From positions 15,872,001-15,936,000 of the forward strand of contig JAQFVV010000006.1 in assembly GCA_028023455.1 (NCBI GenBank): DNA of 64,000 nt. Reading direction: 5' to 3'. How positions within the stretch are numbered: position 1 is the stretch's first letter; every line of letters begins with the position of its first letter. Shown one piece after another: positions 52,518-63,378 of the stretch. A program made the position numbers and the translations under genes. The notes below the pieces were generated by a model, which searched no databases, was not told where the DNA came from, and saw only the letters and a list, made by a program, of their open reading frames with translations. This DNA is from Epiperipatus broadwayi (lineage: Eukaryota; Animalia; Onychophora).

Positions 52518-52895
52518 GAAGTAGTTAACAAATTCGTTACTATGCTCATGAGGTGGAGTTCGAATCGGATGAATCTTTGAAATTTTTTTAGGACCCATAC
52601 AAGAATTTTTCTTTCAAGTAAATGGGCGATAGCTAAGAAAATAACCATCAAATTTTGGTCGGTAAATGGATATCCAGCTATTATTAGCTAAAAAGCTAAA
52701 ACCTCAACAACTCTCTGTCGAAGTAGTTAACAAATTCGTTACTATGCTCATAGAGTGAAGTTCTAATCGGATGAATCTTTGAAATTTTTTTAGGACGCAA
52801 ACAAGAATTTTTCTTTCAAGAAAATGGGCGATAGCTAACTACCTAACCATCAAATTTTGGTCAGTAAATGGATATTCAACTATTATTAGCTAAAC
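52518..52895. repeat. Tandem duplication, 203-bp period
   Basis: gaagtagttaacaaattcgttactatgctcat... starts at 52518 and 52721. CpG-retaining and possibly DNA-transposon derived. Confidence 0.9.
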
Positions 52896-53176
52896 AGCAA
52901 AGGGCATATTTGAACCATGAGTATCGATGCAGTTACTATAAAATAAAAAAATATGATTATAATATGATACAGACTCTACATTAATAGATGTTTTATTCTA
53001 CTTTTATGATTATTGGATACTGGTTATCTTTGTCCCCTACCAATCCCAAAAAGTGTTTATTTTTCTTTTGGTAAATTCTATATAGTGTGTAAGAATTAAA
53101 TTAGCATCAAACATGATTTGAAGATCATATTCACTACAAGGCAGAACTTTTTCTGGTAGCAGGAAAATTCAATAGC

Positions 53177-53456
53177 AAACTCTCCGTCCAGTAGTGTCAG
53201 CCTGTCCATACCTTAATAATCAATGGATGCACAAAGGTTTGTGCATAAAATCCCTATCTAGTGTCTACTCATCCAATATCCCCACAAGCTAGAAATTATT
53301 CTGGGGATATTAGATAAGTAGGAATTAGATAAGGATTTTATACACAAACCTTCTCTGATCACTAAGGCTTATACTGGGTGACAGAAGAATTTGATATTTT
53401 GATATTGAATTAACAGCTTGTGTAAGCATGGAAATAGTGATTATATGATGTTTTAT
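53177..53456. mobile_element. HHR family A fold-back whose junction lies at the ribozyme
   Basis: Left arm ends atatcccca (53284). Right arm starts caagctagaaattattctgggg. The tail follows. Flanks are caggaaaattcaatagc and cagggaaattcattacc. Confidence 0.8.
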
Positions 53457-54260
53457 CAGGGAAATTCATTACCAGTCAGCATATGGATATCTAGATTTTA
53501 TTATGTGTTATTGTAAAACTCTGTCAGATTTTAAATATATAAAGGGCCCTTATTATGAATAAATTAATAAAATGAATATGAGAAATCAGCAGTACAACAA
53601 ACTTCTTATTTATGGACTAAAGGAGTATTAAATAAATCATGTTTCCATAATATTCAGCAATCTTTTATTTCTTGCACCCAATTAAAATAGTGGAAAAAAG
53701 ATTTCAAAACCAGTCTGTTGTTTTTTTTCAAGACTTATGGTTACCCATATTACATCTTTACGAATTATTTCAGGAACAGATTTAAACTCAATTAAAATTT
53801 AATTTTTGAAGCTTAGAATCTTATTAAATTCTATTAGTTATTCTGCCTTTAATTCTTATTTTTCTTCTCTAAGGAGTAATTCATTTTTTGAGTTTTTTAT
53901 TTTGCTTTTATTTAGTGGTCTGTTTTCTCTATTTTAATTTTTTCATTTTATAAAATGTTCTCTATATTTTTTTTTCTTCTGGTCTGTTATTTTGTCTCTA
54001 TGTTTTTAATTTTCACATTAACTACCGTTTTATCTAGATATATTATGAATTTGCAAATTTTAAGTTTTTACCAGTGCAAGTTTCACCTTTTAGTTCAATC
54101 CTATCCCAACCATCCATTAGCCCAGAGGTCAGATCAATTTCTCACATTATAGATATATTAGAAGCTTTCACTTTTTCAAGTAATCCATATGATACATGTT
54201 ACAATTTAACTTCATATATACATTATTTTTAGAGATACTTAAACTTAACTTTATATAATA

Positions 54261-54370
54261 GTCTTGCATTGGTCGTCGAGTGGTCAGCACGACTGCCTTG
54301 CACTAGCAGGCAGTTGCCCGGGTTGCGGGTTCGCGTCCCAGCGGATGCTATGACACTTAAAAAAAAAAAA
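54261..54370 (+). mobile_element. Short tRNA-derived SINE, copy 4
   Basis: A-box tggtcgtcgagtgg, B-box gggttcgcgtccc, tatgacactt plus a poly(A) tail. TSD is actttatataata. Confidence 0.85.
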
Positions 54371-55574
54371 CTTTATATAATATGTATTTAAATATATTTC
54401 AAATTTGTATGTTTCTAAAGTAAGCCAAAATTTACATCAAAAAGCATATCCAAAGAACTCCAACTTTAACCACTGAGCTATTAATGTTGAAATGATATTA
54501 AATTTTAATTTTATCACAATAGATTTTATATATCAAATAGTAATTAACTTTATTTTAGTTTTAGAATTTCAAATTACAACGTTCAAAAATGAAAATAGTA
54601 AAATTCAACCAATCAGATTGCACCAATAAAAAAGCTGTGGAATTGATCTTCTGCATTGTGATTTAAATGTCTTTTACTATTATCAAATTCATGTTATTTT
54701 AATAGTGAAAATGAAACCCAATACAAAAATTTCTAAAATAATACAATATTTGTACATTTTTATATATGAAGTTTACTTATATTGCACTTTAATAGTAAAC
54801 AAAAATATTTTAAATATTTAATAACTTTACAATTCTTAGATTTAAAATTTAAATTTAATTTGTTTATTATATATAATTTGGGATTGTATATAACCAATGA
54901 ATAATGCTATTTTTTTTTCATATTTTTAAGTGATGCTTTAATATATTGGTATTGTTTAAGTGTTAACTGTGCTCTTGTGCAGATATTATTTACCTATCTA
55001 ACCTTGGGTATTATCAGCTTTATTATCAAAGTATTAGATAGTTTGAAGTGCTGTTTGAAAGCTATAATTGATTATTTGTTAATCTGCTTTCAGAACAAGT
55101 TATATTCATCTGTTTAATGAGGTTTATTTAAACTTCTTTGAATAATAATTTCACTCTTTGTAGTCAAGTTGTAATCTTTAGTGTCTATATAAACACAATA
55201 GACCATGATAAGAATCACCATTTAAATATTCAGAGAATCACAGCGAGCTTTGGTTTAAATAGTCTCTAAATATGAAATGAAAACTCAATTTTAATATCTG
55301 TAAATAATAAATAACTCAGATTATATATAACTAAATTAAGCATTTAGAAGAACAAATGCTAAAAGACAGATGGCGCCATCTGTCTTTTGGAGATTTTATT
55401 TACTTTGTATAACCCATTGGAAGCTTAAGTTACTTCCTGTTGAGTTACATATAATCTGAATTATTTCTTATTTACACACACACATATATATATGTTGTAA
55501 ATCCCATAATCTTCTTTAAGGTTATCTGAAGGGAATCATTTTTTTAAACAACACAATGTTGTAAAGCTCGTTTG

Positions 55575-56045
55575 ATTATATATTTATGATCACACCCCTC
55601 CACAAGATGTTAAAAGCGAGTAGAAACCAGTTCCTACCTTGTGTAAGAGTGGTATATTGAAAATTACATTACAGTCATATTATTCCTCAAGTGGATAATT
55701 TCTAGTCTAATGAATGACTAATAAAAATTCTTAACATACTTTCACCAAGTGGTCTGCGTCAAAGTTATGAGGGCAGTAAGTTTGACACATAAATTAAACT
55801 GTAGTAATTCACACACATATATATATATATACTGAATAATGATAAAGATGTGTGCAAGAGATTGTGATCTGGGACAACTGATGAGTGCTGATTCAGCACA
55901 AAATGTGCATCTTGGGAATCATACATCGTTTTTATATGTCTTTGATCATATGATTATGATTACACTCCTCCGCAAGGTGTAAAAAATGGATAGAAACTAG
56001 TCGCTACCATGTGTAAGAATGGTATAATGAAAATTACACTACAAA
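55575..56045 (+). mobile_element. Divergent family B partial tandem (~372-bp period) with HHR relic at 55874-55915
   Basis: ~105-bp direct repeats at ~55580 and ~55950. Between them ACAA-CUGAUGA-GUGCUG AUU CAGCAC-AAAA-UG UG CA-UC-UUGG (G12A). Confidence 0.65.
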
Positions 56046-56759
56046 AATATTATTCATTTATTAGCCTTAATTAGTATTTTAATTATGAATCAGATTTATT
56101 TGATATAACCATTATGAATAATTTTTGCAATTCATTTAAAACTGTCTTCAATTTATAGTAAAATCAAATACCTATTTGTATATTAATAATCTATTACATT
56201 GAGATTGCATAATTTATTATCCAATTAGAGCTGTAATAGTGTTTTTGGTTTGAATAATGTAAAGATAGCCTTCTTTAATTGCAAAAGTGACTGTTTTTAT
56301 TAAATTAGTAAAAATGGAAAACATTTCAGTTAATTGGAAAAAATAATTCGAGAGAGCTTATAAACATATTTGCGGTAGTTTGTTTGTTTTAAGTGGCTTG
56401 ATAAAGAAATTGGTTCTGATATTTAAAAAAATTAAATCACATTAATATAGAAACTTTCGTGGTAATAAAAATATTTATCTGAAAAAGAAAATAATTCTTG
56501 GATTTAAAAAAATCCCTTGGTCAAATTAATTTTATTAAAAATAATTTAGTAGTAATGAAAAATACATTTCTGCTCTTTTTAATAATTTTTTTATATTCAT
56601 ATACCACAATTGGAAGCTTCTATCAGTCATTTAGCTTTAAGTCTATGTCTGATTTTTTTTCTTTTGTTTTGTTTCAATATTTTTAATATTTAATTATCTC
56701 GACTGATTACCTTTAAAATGGTTACTTTTTGGGCTTAGATAATTCGACTTCCATAATTT

Positions 56760-57310
56760 TCCCAGATAATAAGATTGTTTTATACCAGTTTTGACTTTCT
56801 TATTTAACCTTTTTGCATGCTGGCTTATTCCCTGGGTGATTAATAAATTGTATGCGATGCACTATGACTTCTCCTTTATTGAAGTTAGAAATCTCTCAGC
56901 CACTATGCCCAGAAAAACCTGTTAGCCATCTTACCTTCCCTTTTCATTCCCCACTCTAAGTTTTTCCCATATTCTTCTCTATCCTGCTCCATCCCATTTC
57001 CACAACACCATCTTTGTCCACTCTATGGGCTTCGAATCTAGATCCCCCTTATCTTTTTCCAAACCCAGCATAAAACCCAAGAACCCACTTTCTGTATAAT
57101 CACTTTGTTTATATTTATTCTCCCACAACTTCATTATTTATACCCTTTCTGCTTGTAAGCATTTACATTCAATTAGCAGATGCCTAATATTTTTCATGCC
57201 TTCCTTACATAACTTGCAGACTAAATCACCCACATTTTTCCATTTATGTGTATATTCTCTTGTTGCTAACGATCCTGTTTGATCTTTAAACAGAAAACTA
57301 CTTTTCTTGC
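56760..57310 (-). mobile_element. LINE 3' fragment with C-terminal CCHC zinc knuckle
   Basis: Minus strand LFKDQTGSLATREY...CKLCKEGMKNIRHLLIEC (CX2CX8HX4C). Confidence 0.7.
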
Positions 57311-57454
57311 TATTATTGTAAATTAACTCCCAATATTCTGTTTACTTCTATATATATTTAAACTTTTTTTGCTATCCATACTAGTTCTCTATCTTTCAAA
57401 CTCTCTATTTTTGATTAATGCATCTATTCTTCTATAGAAAACTCTCCATACAGT

Positions 57455-57965
57455 AGTGCCACCTGGTGCAAGCCTTAGTAATCAATAGGTGCAAAAAGAT
57501 TTGTGCATAAAATACCTATCTAGTGACTACTTATCCAATATGCTGAGACTAGTTTCTAGCCTGTGGCTTTCATCAATAAGGAGGTTCGTATATGAGAGCT
57601 GCTGTGCCTAGATTTTATATTCTAATCCAACTCTTCAGCAGTCACCTTTTACCTCTTTAGTTAACTGTAAAGCTGTGAGCCCTCAATGAAAACACAACCT
57701 TTTTAATCCAAGCTTATTTGCTTGATAGTCATATAGATCTGAACACAGTTCAGTAGCTATAAATTTTGGGGTATTTGGTTTTTTAAACTCGCAGTTACCA
57801 TAATCCTATGAGTAGAATTGGTGTAATTCTACTAAAACATCAGATGATTATCATTTCCTATGGGTATGCAAGCTGTTAATACAGTAGAACTACTTTGTGG
57901 AGAGTTTACAACTGTATTATCAGCTTGTGTAAGTATATGAAATGGTGATCATGTGATGTTTTACT
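57455..57965 (-). mobile_element. HHR family A element with short right arm and tail
   Basis: aaaactctccatacagtagtgcc left arm, HHR relic at 57544-57581 (UUGAUGA; stem II AGCC/GGCU), right end tgtggagagttt, then tail cagcttgtgtaagtatatgaaatggtgatcatgtgatgtttt. Confidence 0.8.
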
Positions 57966-59399
57966 ATTAATCAATTGTGTTAGTACACCCATTTTTAAAA
58001 ATGATGAATCAGTAGTTATCAGAAAATATAGTACTGTTTCAATTATCCTCAGGCTATTTGAAAAAGAAATCAAGAATAACATGATATTCTTCTTGAATAT
58101 GTTTAGGGTGATTTTTGTGTACCAGTTTTCTGTTAAAAAGAGTTTTTTGGATGCTATCTTTATAGTTGTGTGTATAGTTTAGTATCTTCATTGGATAATG
58201 GTTTTAAAATGCAGCTATGTATTTGAATTTATTGTCAGTAATGTCATTCTGCTTCCTGATTAAAAAGCTATCTAAAAGATAGAAAGCAGACAACCCAAAT
58301 TCATGGTGTTGTTACTGATTTATATCAGTTAATCACAGAGTTCTGCAGAGATATATTAGGTACTTGTGGAGGTGCTACCAGCACCACCAAGTGGGCAGCT
58401 TTGCTGCCAGATAGCTGGTGGAAGGTTCCTGTGCATATGTGTGGTGAACAGCACCATGGAGTGGCTAAAAGAAGCATTGCTGCTTTTGGCCCCCCTATCC
58501 TGTATAGTTCTGTGTGCTGGCATAGAAACAGCGCCTCTAGCAGCCATCGAGTGCCCCCTCCACAACTACCCTATATTATTTTTGATTCATATTAACAATG
58601 TTTTGCTTTGCTTTTGGATTCAATTATGTATGTTTTGACTATTGATAATGTTATCTTTTGTGGTTCTGTTTTATATAGTTATTTTGAGCAAGGGATTAAT
58701 AAGGATTTGGCTATCTGTTTAACAGACAGACATATAACAATAGATTTTTTTTTTATAAATACATTTTATATTTTTTATTTGTAGCCAATATTAGATATAT
58801 TACAGTAGTATTTGTGGTAATATCATATCTGTTGATAACTATTATTTTCTAGAATTGTTTACTGATGGCTAAGTTATTTAGATCTCATCACATTGCTTAT
58901 AAATGTTCTTGGTTTTGTCAGATTAATCCCTTGTTTTATTGTTTAGTGAAATTCTTAACCACATTCATTTTTTTGGCTATTTATGTTATTGTAATCAGGG
59001 TGTGTTGTTCTATAATATCTTTAATTGGGGGTGATTATATTCTATCATCATTATGTATTTAGTACAATTACATTATGTGTATTGCTTTTGATAGATTGAA
59101 ATTTGACTTTTATACATGATGCTACTAGAACTTTATAAGTACAGGATGATTATCGACATATATCATCATTGTTTCTTTTTATGTCATGTCATTTTCTTTG
59201 TAAATACTCATTTAGCCCCAAACTTTCAAGTGACCCTACTAGATTTATAATTTAGAATATACCCGGCAACCCCAAGATAGTATGCTCTGAAGCCAATGAC
59301 TGCAAAAGAAAAATCAAGGAGGCATATTTTGTTAGCAGTGATAACAATGCCATCAATAGACGCAACATATGCTTTTCTATCTCAAAAAAATGGACAAAT

Positions 59400-60096
59400 T
59401 AATTTGCATTCTCATTTGCATATTTTATTAGTTAGAAACATTACATAAATGATTTATAACTTATGTTGGCCATGGATATGAGAGAAAACCTTGAAAGTAC
59501 TCAGCCCATATCTCATATTCTATGTTTAAAAAATATTTAACTATGAGAACCTTCACATATTCCTCCACCAGATATCAAAAAAAAAAAGTTACCTCACAGA
59601 AAATATGTAAAAAGTTCTTAAGTGGTTCAGACTTGCCAATAACTCAAGATATAATTTCACCCTTAAGACTCAACTCAAAGCAAGAACTCTATTTTAGAAG
59701 TTCAACAAAGAATATACAATCAAAAAATTATGAAACAAAAAATGGAAATTTTTAATGATTCCAAATATTTTTTTTCCTGATTCAACAATAAAGCCAAATG
59801 GATTTAATATTTCTAGATATAATCGGACTCTCATCAACAGATTCAGGGCAACCCATGGTTATTGTGATTCCCATGTTCATACATGGAATTTACCAGTACT
59901 AATCTTCATAAATGTGGACAAATACAAACTACGAACTATATTATTAATGATTGTCAAATTTATAGTTACAGTTATAGAAGTGAAAACTTAATAAAACTAT
60001 TGGTGAATCTATCCTATCTGGAATCTTGATATGTTTCTTTATTATATTTTATTATTAGTTAAGCTATTGAAATCCATACTATAAATAAATAAATAA
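59400..60096 (+). mobile_element. Ingi/Vingi-like (I-group) LINE 3' fragment with (TAAA)n tail
   Basis: LPITQDIISPLRLNSK, GFNISRYNRTLINRFRATHGYCDSHVHTW and frameshifted KCGQIQTTNYIINDC match the LNRxRTGxG...CxCG..QT..H...C C-terminus. It ends ccatactataaataaataaataa. Confidence 0.65.
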
Positions 60097-60537
60097 TGTT
60101 TGCAAACCCTGCTGTGAATCTATTTTTAATTCTTATTTTTTTGTCACTATTCTTCTTGTATATAGTTAAAGTCTATTTATCTATTTATTTTTATTTTTGT
60201 GTAATTATTATTTGTAATTTGATTATTATGTATAAATTCTCACACAAATTTCTTCTTGTTTGCAATTTTTTACCCTTTATATTTTTATGTATTATGTAAT
60301 TAATTAAAGAAATTATTATTATTACAATTTTTGTTGTTGTTGTGTTCTTCTTCTTTTTCTTCTTCTTCACTAAATCATCAGAATTTCTTCAGGAAGATTA
60401 GATAGTGAAATCTATTCATTTCACTGCTGATTATTCATAGCGTCCCTTAGTGTTTAACAGTTTTAGGAAGACGGGACGACTGTCCCTTTACCTTTACGTC
60501 TGTTATTCAAGGTAAGTCAACTTTTTAATCATTTTAT

Positions 60538-63135
60538 ATGATGGAAAGCGATAATATAACCGATAAAACTAAAAATAAAGTAAGCCCCGATCTCAGCATT
60601 CAACCCAACAATGCGGTCATCGGCCGTAAATTGTATAGCCTTAGATCTAATCTAAATGCATCTAAACCACCCGTTACAACAAATAAAAACCCACAAATGA
60701 GTAAATCAAAAGAAAATTCCATTGCAAATATCAACAAAAGTTTAGAAAATATTCAACTTACCCCTAATACAAACAATAGAATAAATATCTCGTCAAGCGA
60801 AACTATTGATACAAGCGAAAACCAATCATTACCTCTCCGAAGCCTTTACTCAACCACAGAAGATTATAATGAGCAATTTCCTTTGCCCAACAATTCAATT
60901 AAAACTATATCTGGAAATAAACAAAATTACCAACAAAATGATACCGACGAAATTTTTAAAGTAAAACATTTTCCACCAGAGGTCGACAAAACCAGTACTG
61001 TGTCAGTACCGTTTGTCAACAGTAAATTTAAAAATAAAAAAGAAGAAATAAATTATAAAACTGATAAATTTCATTCTAAAACAATCAAAGATTTTAGCTC
61101 AGAACAATCCATTGCTACATCTGCTAACGTGCAAGCTAAACCAATTACCTCAATATCAATATTGGAAAATCCCACTACGTACGCAAATATCGTAAGGTCA
61201 AAAAATTCTGAGAGCATCTCTGAAAATATTAAGGCCGATAATCTCAACGAATTATATTTGAATCTCACAGAATTAGACATAGAAAAAGAATCAAACACGC
61301 AGGAAAATGTCTCTTTTAATATAAACAATATTAACGATGATATGTTCCTAGAAATAAACAATGAGTTCAACAAAACGATACCCAACTCTCTATATAAATC
61401 GTTTGCAAACTATTACAGCGATAAGTCTTTAATCTTAGCCATAACAAATCATCAATGTGCTTTATATAAATTCCCTGTAGAACAACTCTACAGTCTAATC
61501 AATCAAAAGCAATTAGGCAGAGGCATTCACATGATCCTTAATCATCCCAATGACCGCTATGTGATCGTAGAGTTTAAAACGTGGGCAGACCGAATGAATT
61601 TTAAAAATAACTACAAATCTTTAGGAAATTATATACTATGCTCCATAGATATGAACCGTCCAGTTACACTATCTGGCAGAATTCAAAACTGCCTTGCCCA
61701 CTTAAATGAACAAGAAATACAAGACATCCTTATTAATTATGGTTCAGTTAGCAAATTTAAACACCTATTAAATCCTCACTTCGAAGATCAAATCCTGTCC
61801 AATACAGTTACCTTCACACTTACATTAAAGAAAAACATTATACCCACTGACATACCCACTATTATTACAGCAAGAGGCTCTCCTATGGTTTTGACATTCA
61901 GAGGAGTACAACCACAATGTTTCTTCTGCCTACAAAGAACACACCTCATTAAAGACTGTGCAGCAAGAATATGCACACACTGTGGTATTAAAATGAATAA
62001 ATTTCACAAATGTCCTGGTAGACCTATTAACAAGTCCTTAAATAGACAATCATCACATAGGACTAATTCAAACAGCAACCTCACAAACCCAGATATTCAG
62101 ATTCAAATAAATCCTCCAACAAAACCTTCCACATCCAAAACTATATTTCAAAATGAAAATATTCAAGAAAGAACAAACGTCAACCTTTACACTAATAGTA
62201 GTAAATCAGAGAACCAAACAACAACAAATACTGCTCCTAAACCAATCACGCAAACTAATAATACTCAAGATCAAACATTCGAAACAACTTATACTAATCC
62301 CCAAGAAATAATATTAGGTCAAACTCTTTCTACAAAAGAAGATAATATGACCAAACCATCTAAAGAGAACAAGATAAACCCAGGCGATGAAGAAAATACA
62401 CTCAAAAAATGTCAAAACAATTCTTCCAATATAACTCCTAACCAGCTTAAAACAACTGATAACAACCCTAAACAGAGTGAACCACAAACTATCTGCAATT
62501 CTTCAACTCCTGCAAGAATTAACCTACCAGACGAAAAGATCCATCAAACACCCAACCCGAAAGTCAGCATGATCGAAGATTCACAACTGTTACAGCAAAC
62601 AGAGAATATCTCAAGTCTAAAATTCAAACAAAAATCTTATGACAATAAAATAACACTACTATCAAAAGAACAGGAAAAGGAAAACAACACTAATCAACTT
62701 CAAAATCCTCAAAAAATTGACACAACAAATACCCAAAATACAATTAAGAAAATTAAAAGAAAATCAATTCGCTCAGATAAATCAAGCTCTGATGATGACA
62801 GCTCCCACCCGGTACTTTACTCACCACCCCCCTCTAACAAACAAATCTCCGATAAATCCAACTCAAAGCTTCACAAATCCATAGAAAAAAAGAGGAAAAC
62901 CATGGATCTTACAACCTTAGATACCATTGATTCTCCCGATGAATCTCAGACAGATTACTCTACTCCATCAGACACCGAAGACTTCATGGATGCGATTCCT
63001 CAACCAACAAATATATCACCAAGCCATCTACAAGTTCAATCACAAGTCTCTGACTGCCTAACAACATCAGACCTCATTAATATAGAGATGTCCCACATTC
63101 ACTTGGATCACTTTACTGAGGACGGTTTGGATTAA
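60538..63135 (+). CDS. Retrotransposon ORF1 protein (865 aa): RRM-like region plus zinc knuckles flanked by long N/S/T/Q-rich low-complexity arms
   Basis: Uninterrupted ORF with EIQDILINYGSV..., VLTFRGVQPQ-CFFCLQRTHLIKDC (CX2CX4HX4C) and a second CTHC...HKC, an arrangement typical of Tx1/L1-type ORF1. Confidence 0.85.
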   Translation: MMESDNITDKTKNKVSPDLSIQPNNAVIGRKLYSLRSNLNASKPPVTTNKNPQMSKSKENSIANINKSLENIQLTPNTNNRINISSSETIDTSENQSLPLRSLYSTTEDYNEQFPLPNNSIKTISGNKQNYQQNDTDEIFKVKHFPPEVDKTSTVSVPFVNSKFKNKKEEINYKTDKFHSKTIKDFSSEQSIATSANVQAKPITSISILENPTTYANIVRSKNSESISENIKADNLNELYLNLTELDIEKESNTQENVSFNINNINDDMFLEINNEFNKTIPNSLYKSFANYYSDKSLILAITNHQCALYKFPVEQLYSLINQKQLGRGIHMILNHPNDRYVIVEFKTWADRMNFKNNYKSLGNYILCSIDMNRPVTLSGRIQNCLAHLNEQEIQDILINYGSVSKFKHLLNPHFEDQILSNTVTFTLTLKKNIIPTDIPTIITARGSPMVLTFRGVQPQCFFCLQRTHLIKDCAARICTHCGIKMNKFHKCPGRPINKSLNRQSSHRTNSNSNLTNPDIQIQINPPTKPSTSKTIFQNENIQERTNVNLYTNSSKSENQTTTNTAPKPITQTNNTQDQTFETTYTNPQEIILGQTLSTKEDNMTKPSKENKINPGDEENTLKKCQNNSSNITPNQLKTTDNNPKQSEPQTICNSSTPARINLPDEKIHQTPNPKVSMIEDSQLLQQTENISSLKFKQKSYDNKITLLSKEQEKENNTNQLQNPQKIDTTNTQNTIKKIKRKSIRSDKSSSDDDSSHPVLYSPPPSNKQISDKSNSKLHKSIEKKRKTMDLTTLDTIDSPDESQTDYSTPSDTEDFMDAIPQPTNISPSHLQVQSQVSDCLTTSDLINIEMSHIHLDHFTEDGLD

Positions 63136-63141
63136 TCTATC

Positions 63142-63378
63142 ATGTTCTGCAAAATAGCTGGCATAAACATTCGCGGCATCAACTCAATCGATAGAGTTCT
63201 TGCTATTAAAAACTGGCTCTCACTCTGCTCCCCACATATACTTCTTATGGGCGAAACCAAACATCACTATAAGACTGACCATAAAATAATATCTCTTCTC
63301 TCCTCTCTCGGATTTACTAGATTTTCCATCTGCCATTCAGCTTCAGGTGGAGTCGGTATTCTTCTTAGCATATGTTAA
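63142..63378 (+). pseudogene. ORF2 N-terminus (apurinic-like endonuclease), truncated after 78 codons
   Basis: GINIRG (motif I), ILLMGETK (catalytic E motif) and GGVGIL are canonical APE motifs, followed by a stop and unrelated AT-rich DNA. Confidence 0.8.

Larger units (their letters stand above)
60369..63378 (+). mobile_element. L1/Tx1-type non-LTR retrotransposon, 5' portion only
   Basis: CpG-containing 5'UTR after a (TTG)/(TTC) tract, then intact ORF1 and an ORF2 AP-endonuclease start 6 nt after the ORF1 stop. Recognisable homology ends at ~63378. Confidence 0.8.

Noticed and set aside
60430-60490. HDV-like ribozyme in the LINE 5'UTR (cgtccc...gggacg as P2)
   Set aside because: The 26 nt between the arms cannot accommodate P3, P1, P1.1 and P4, and no P1 partner was found.
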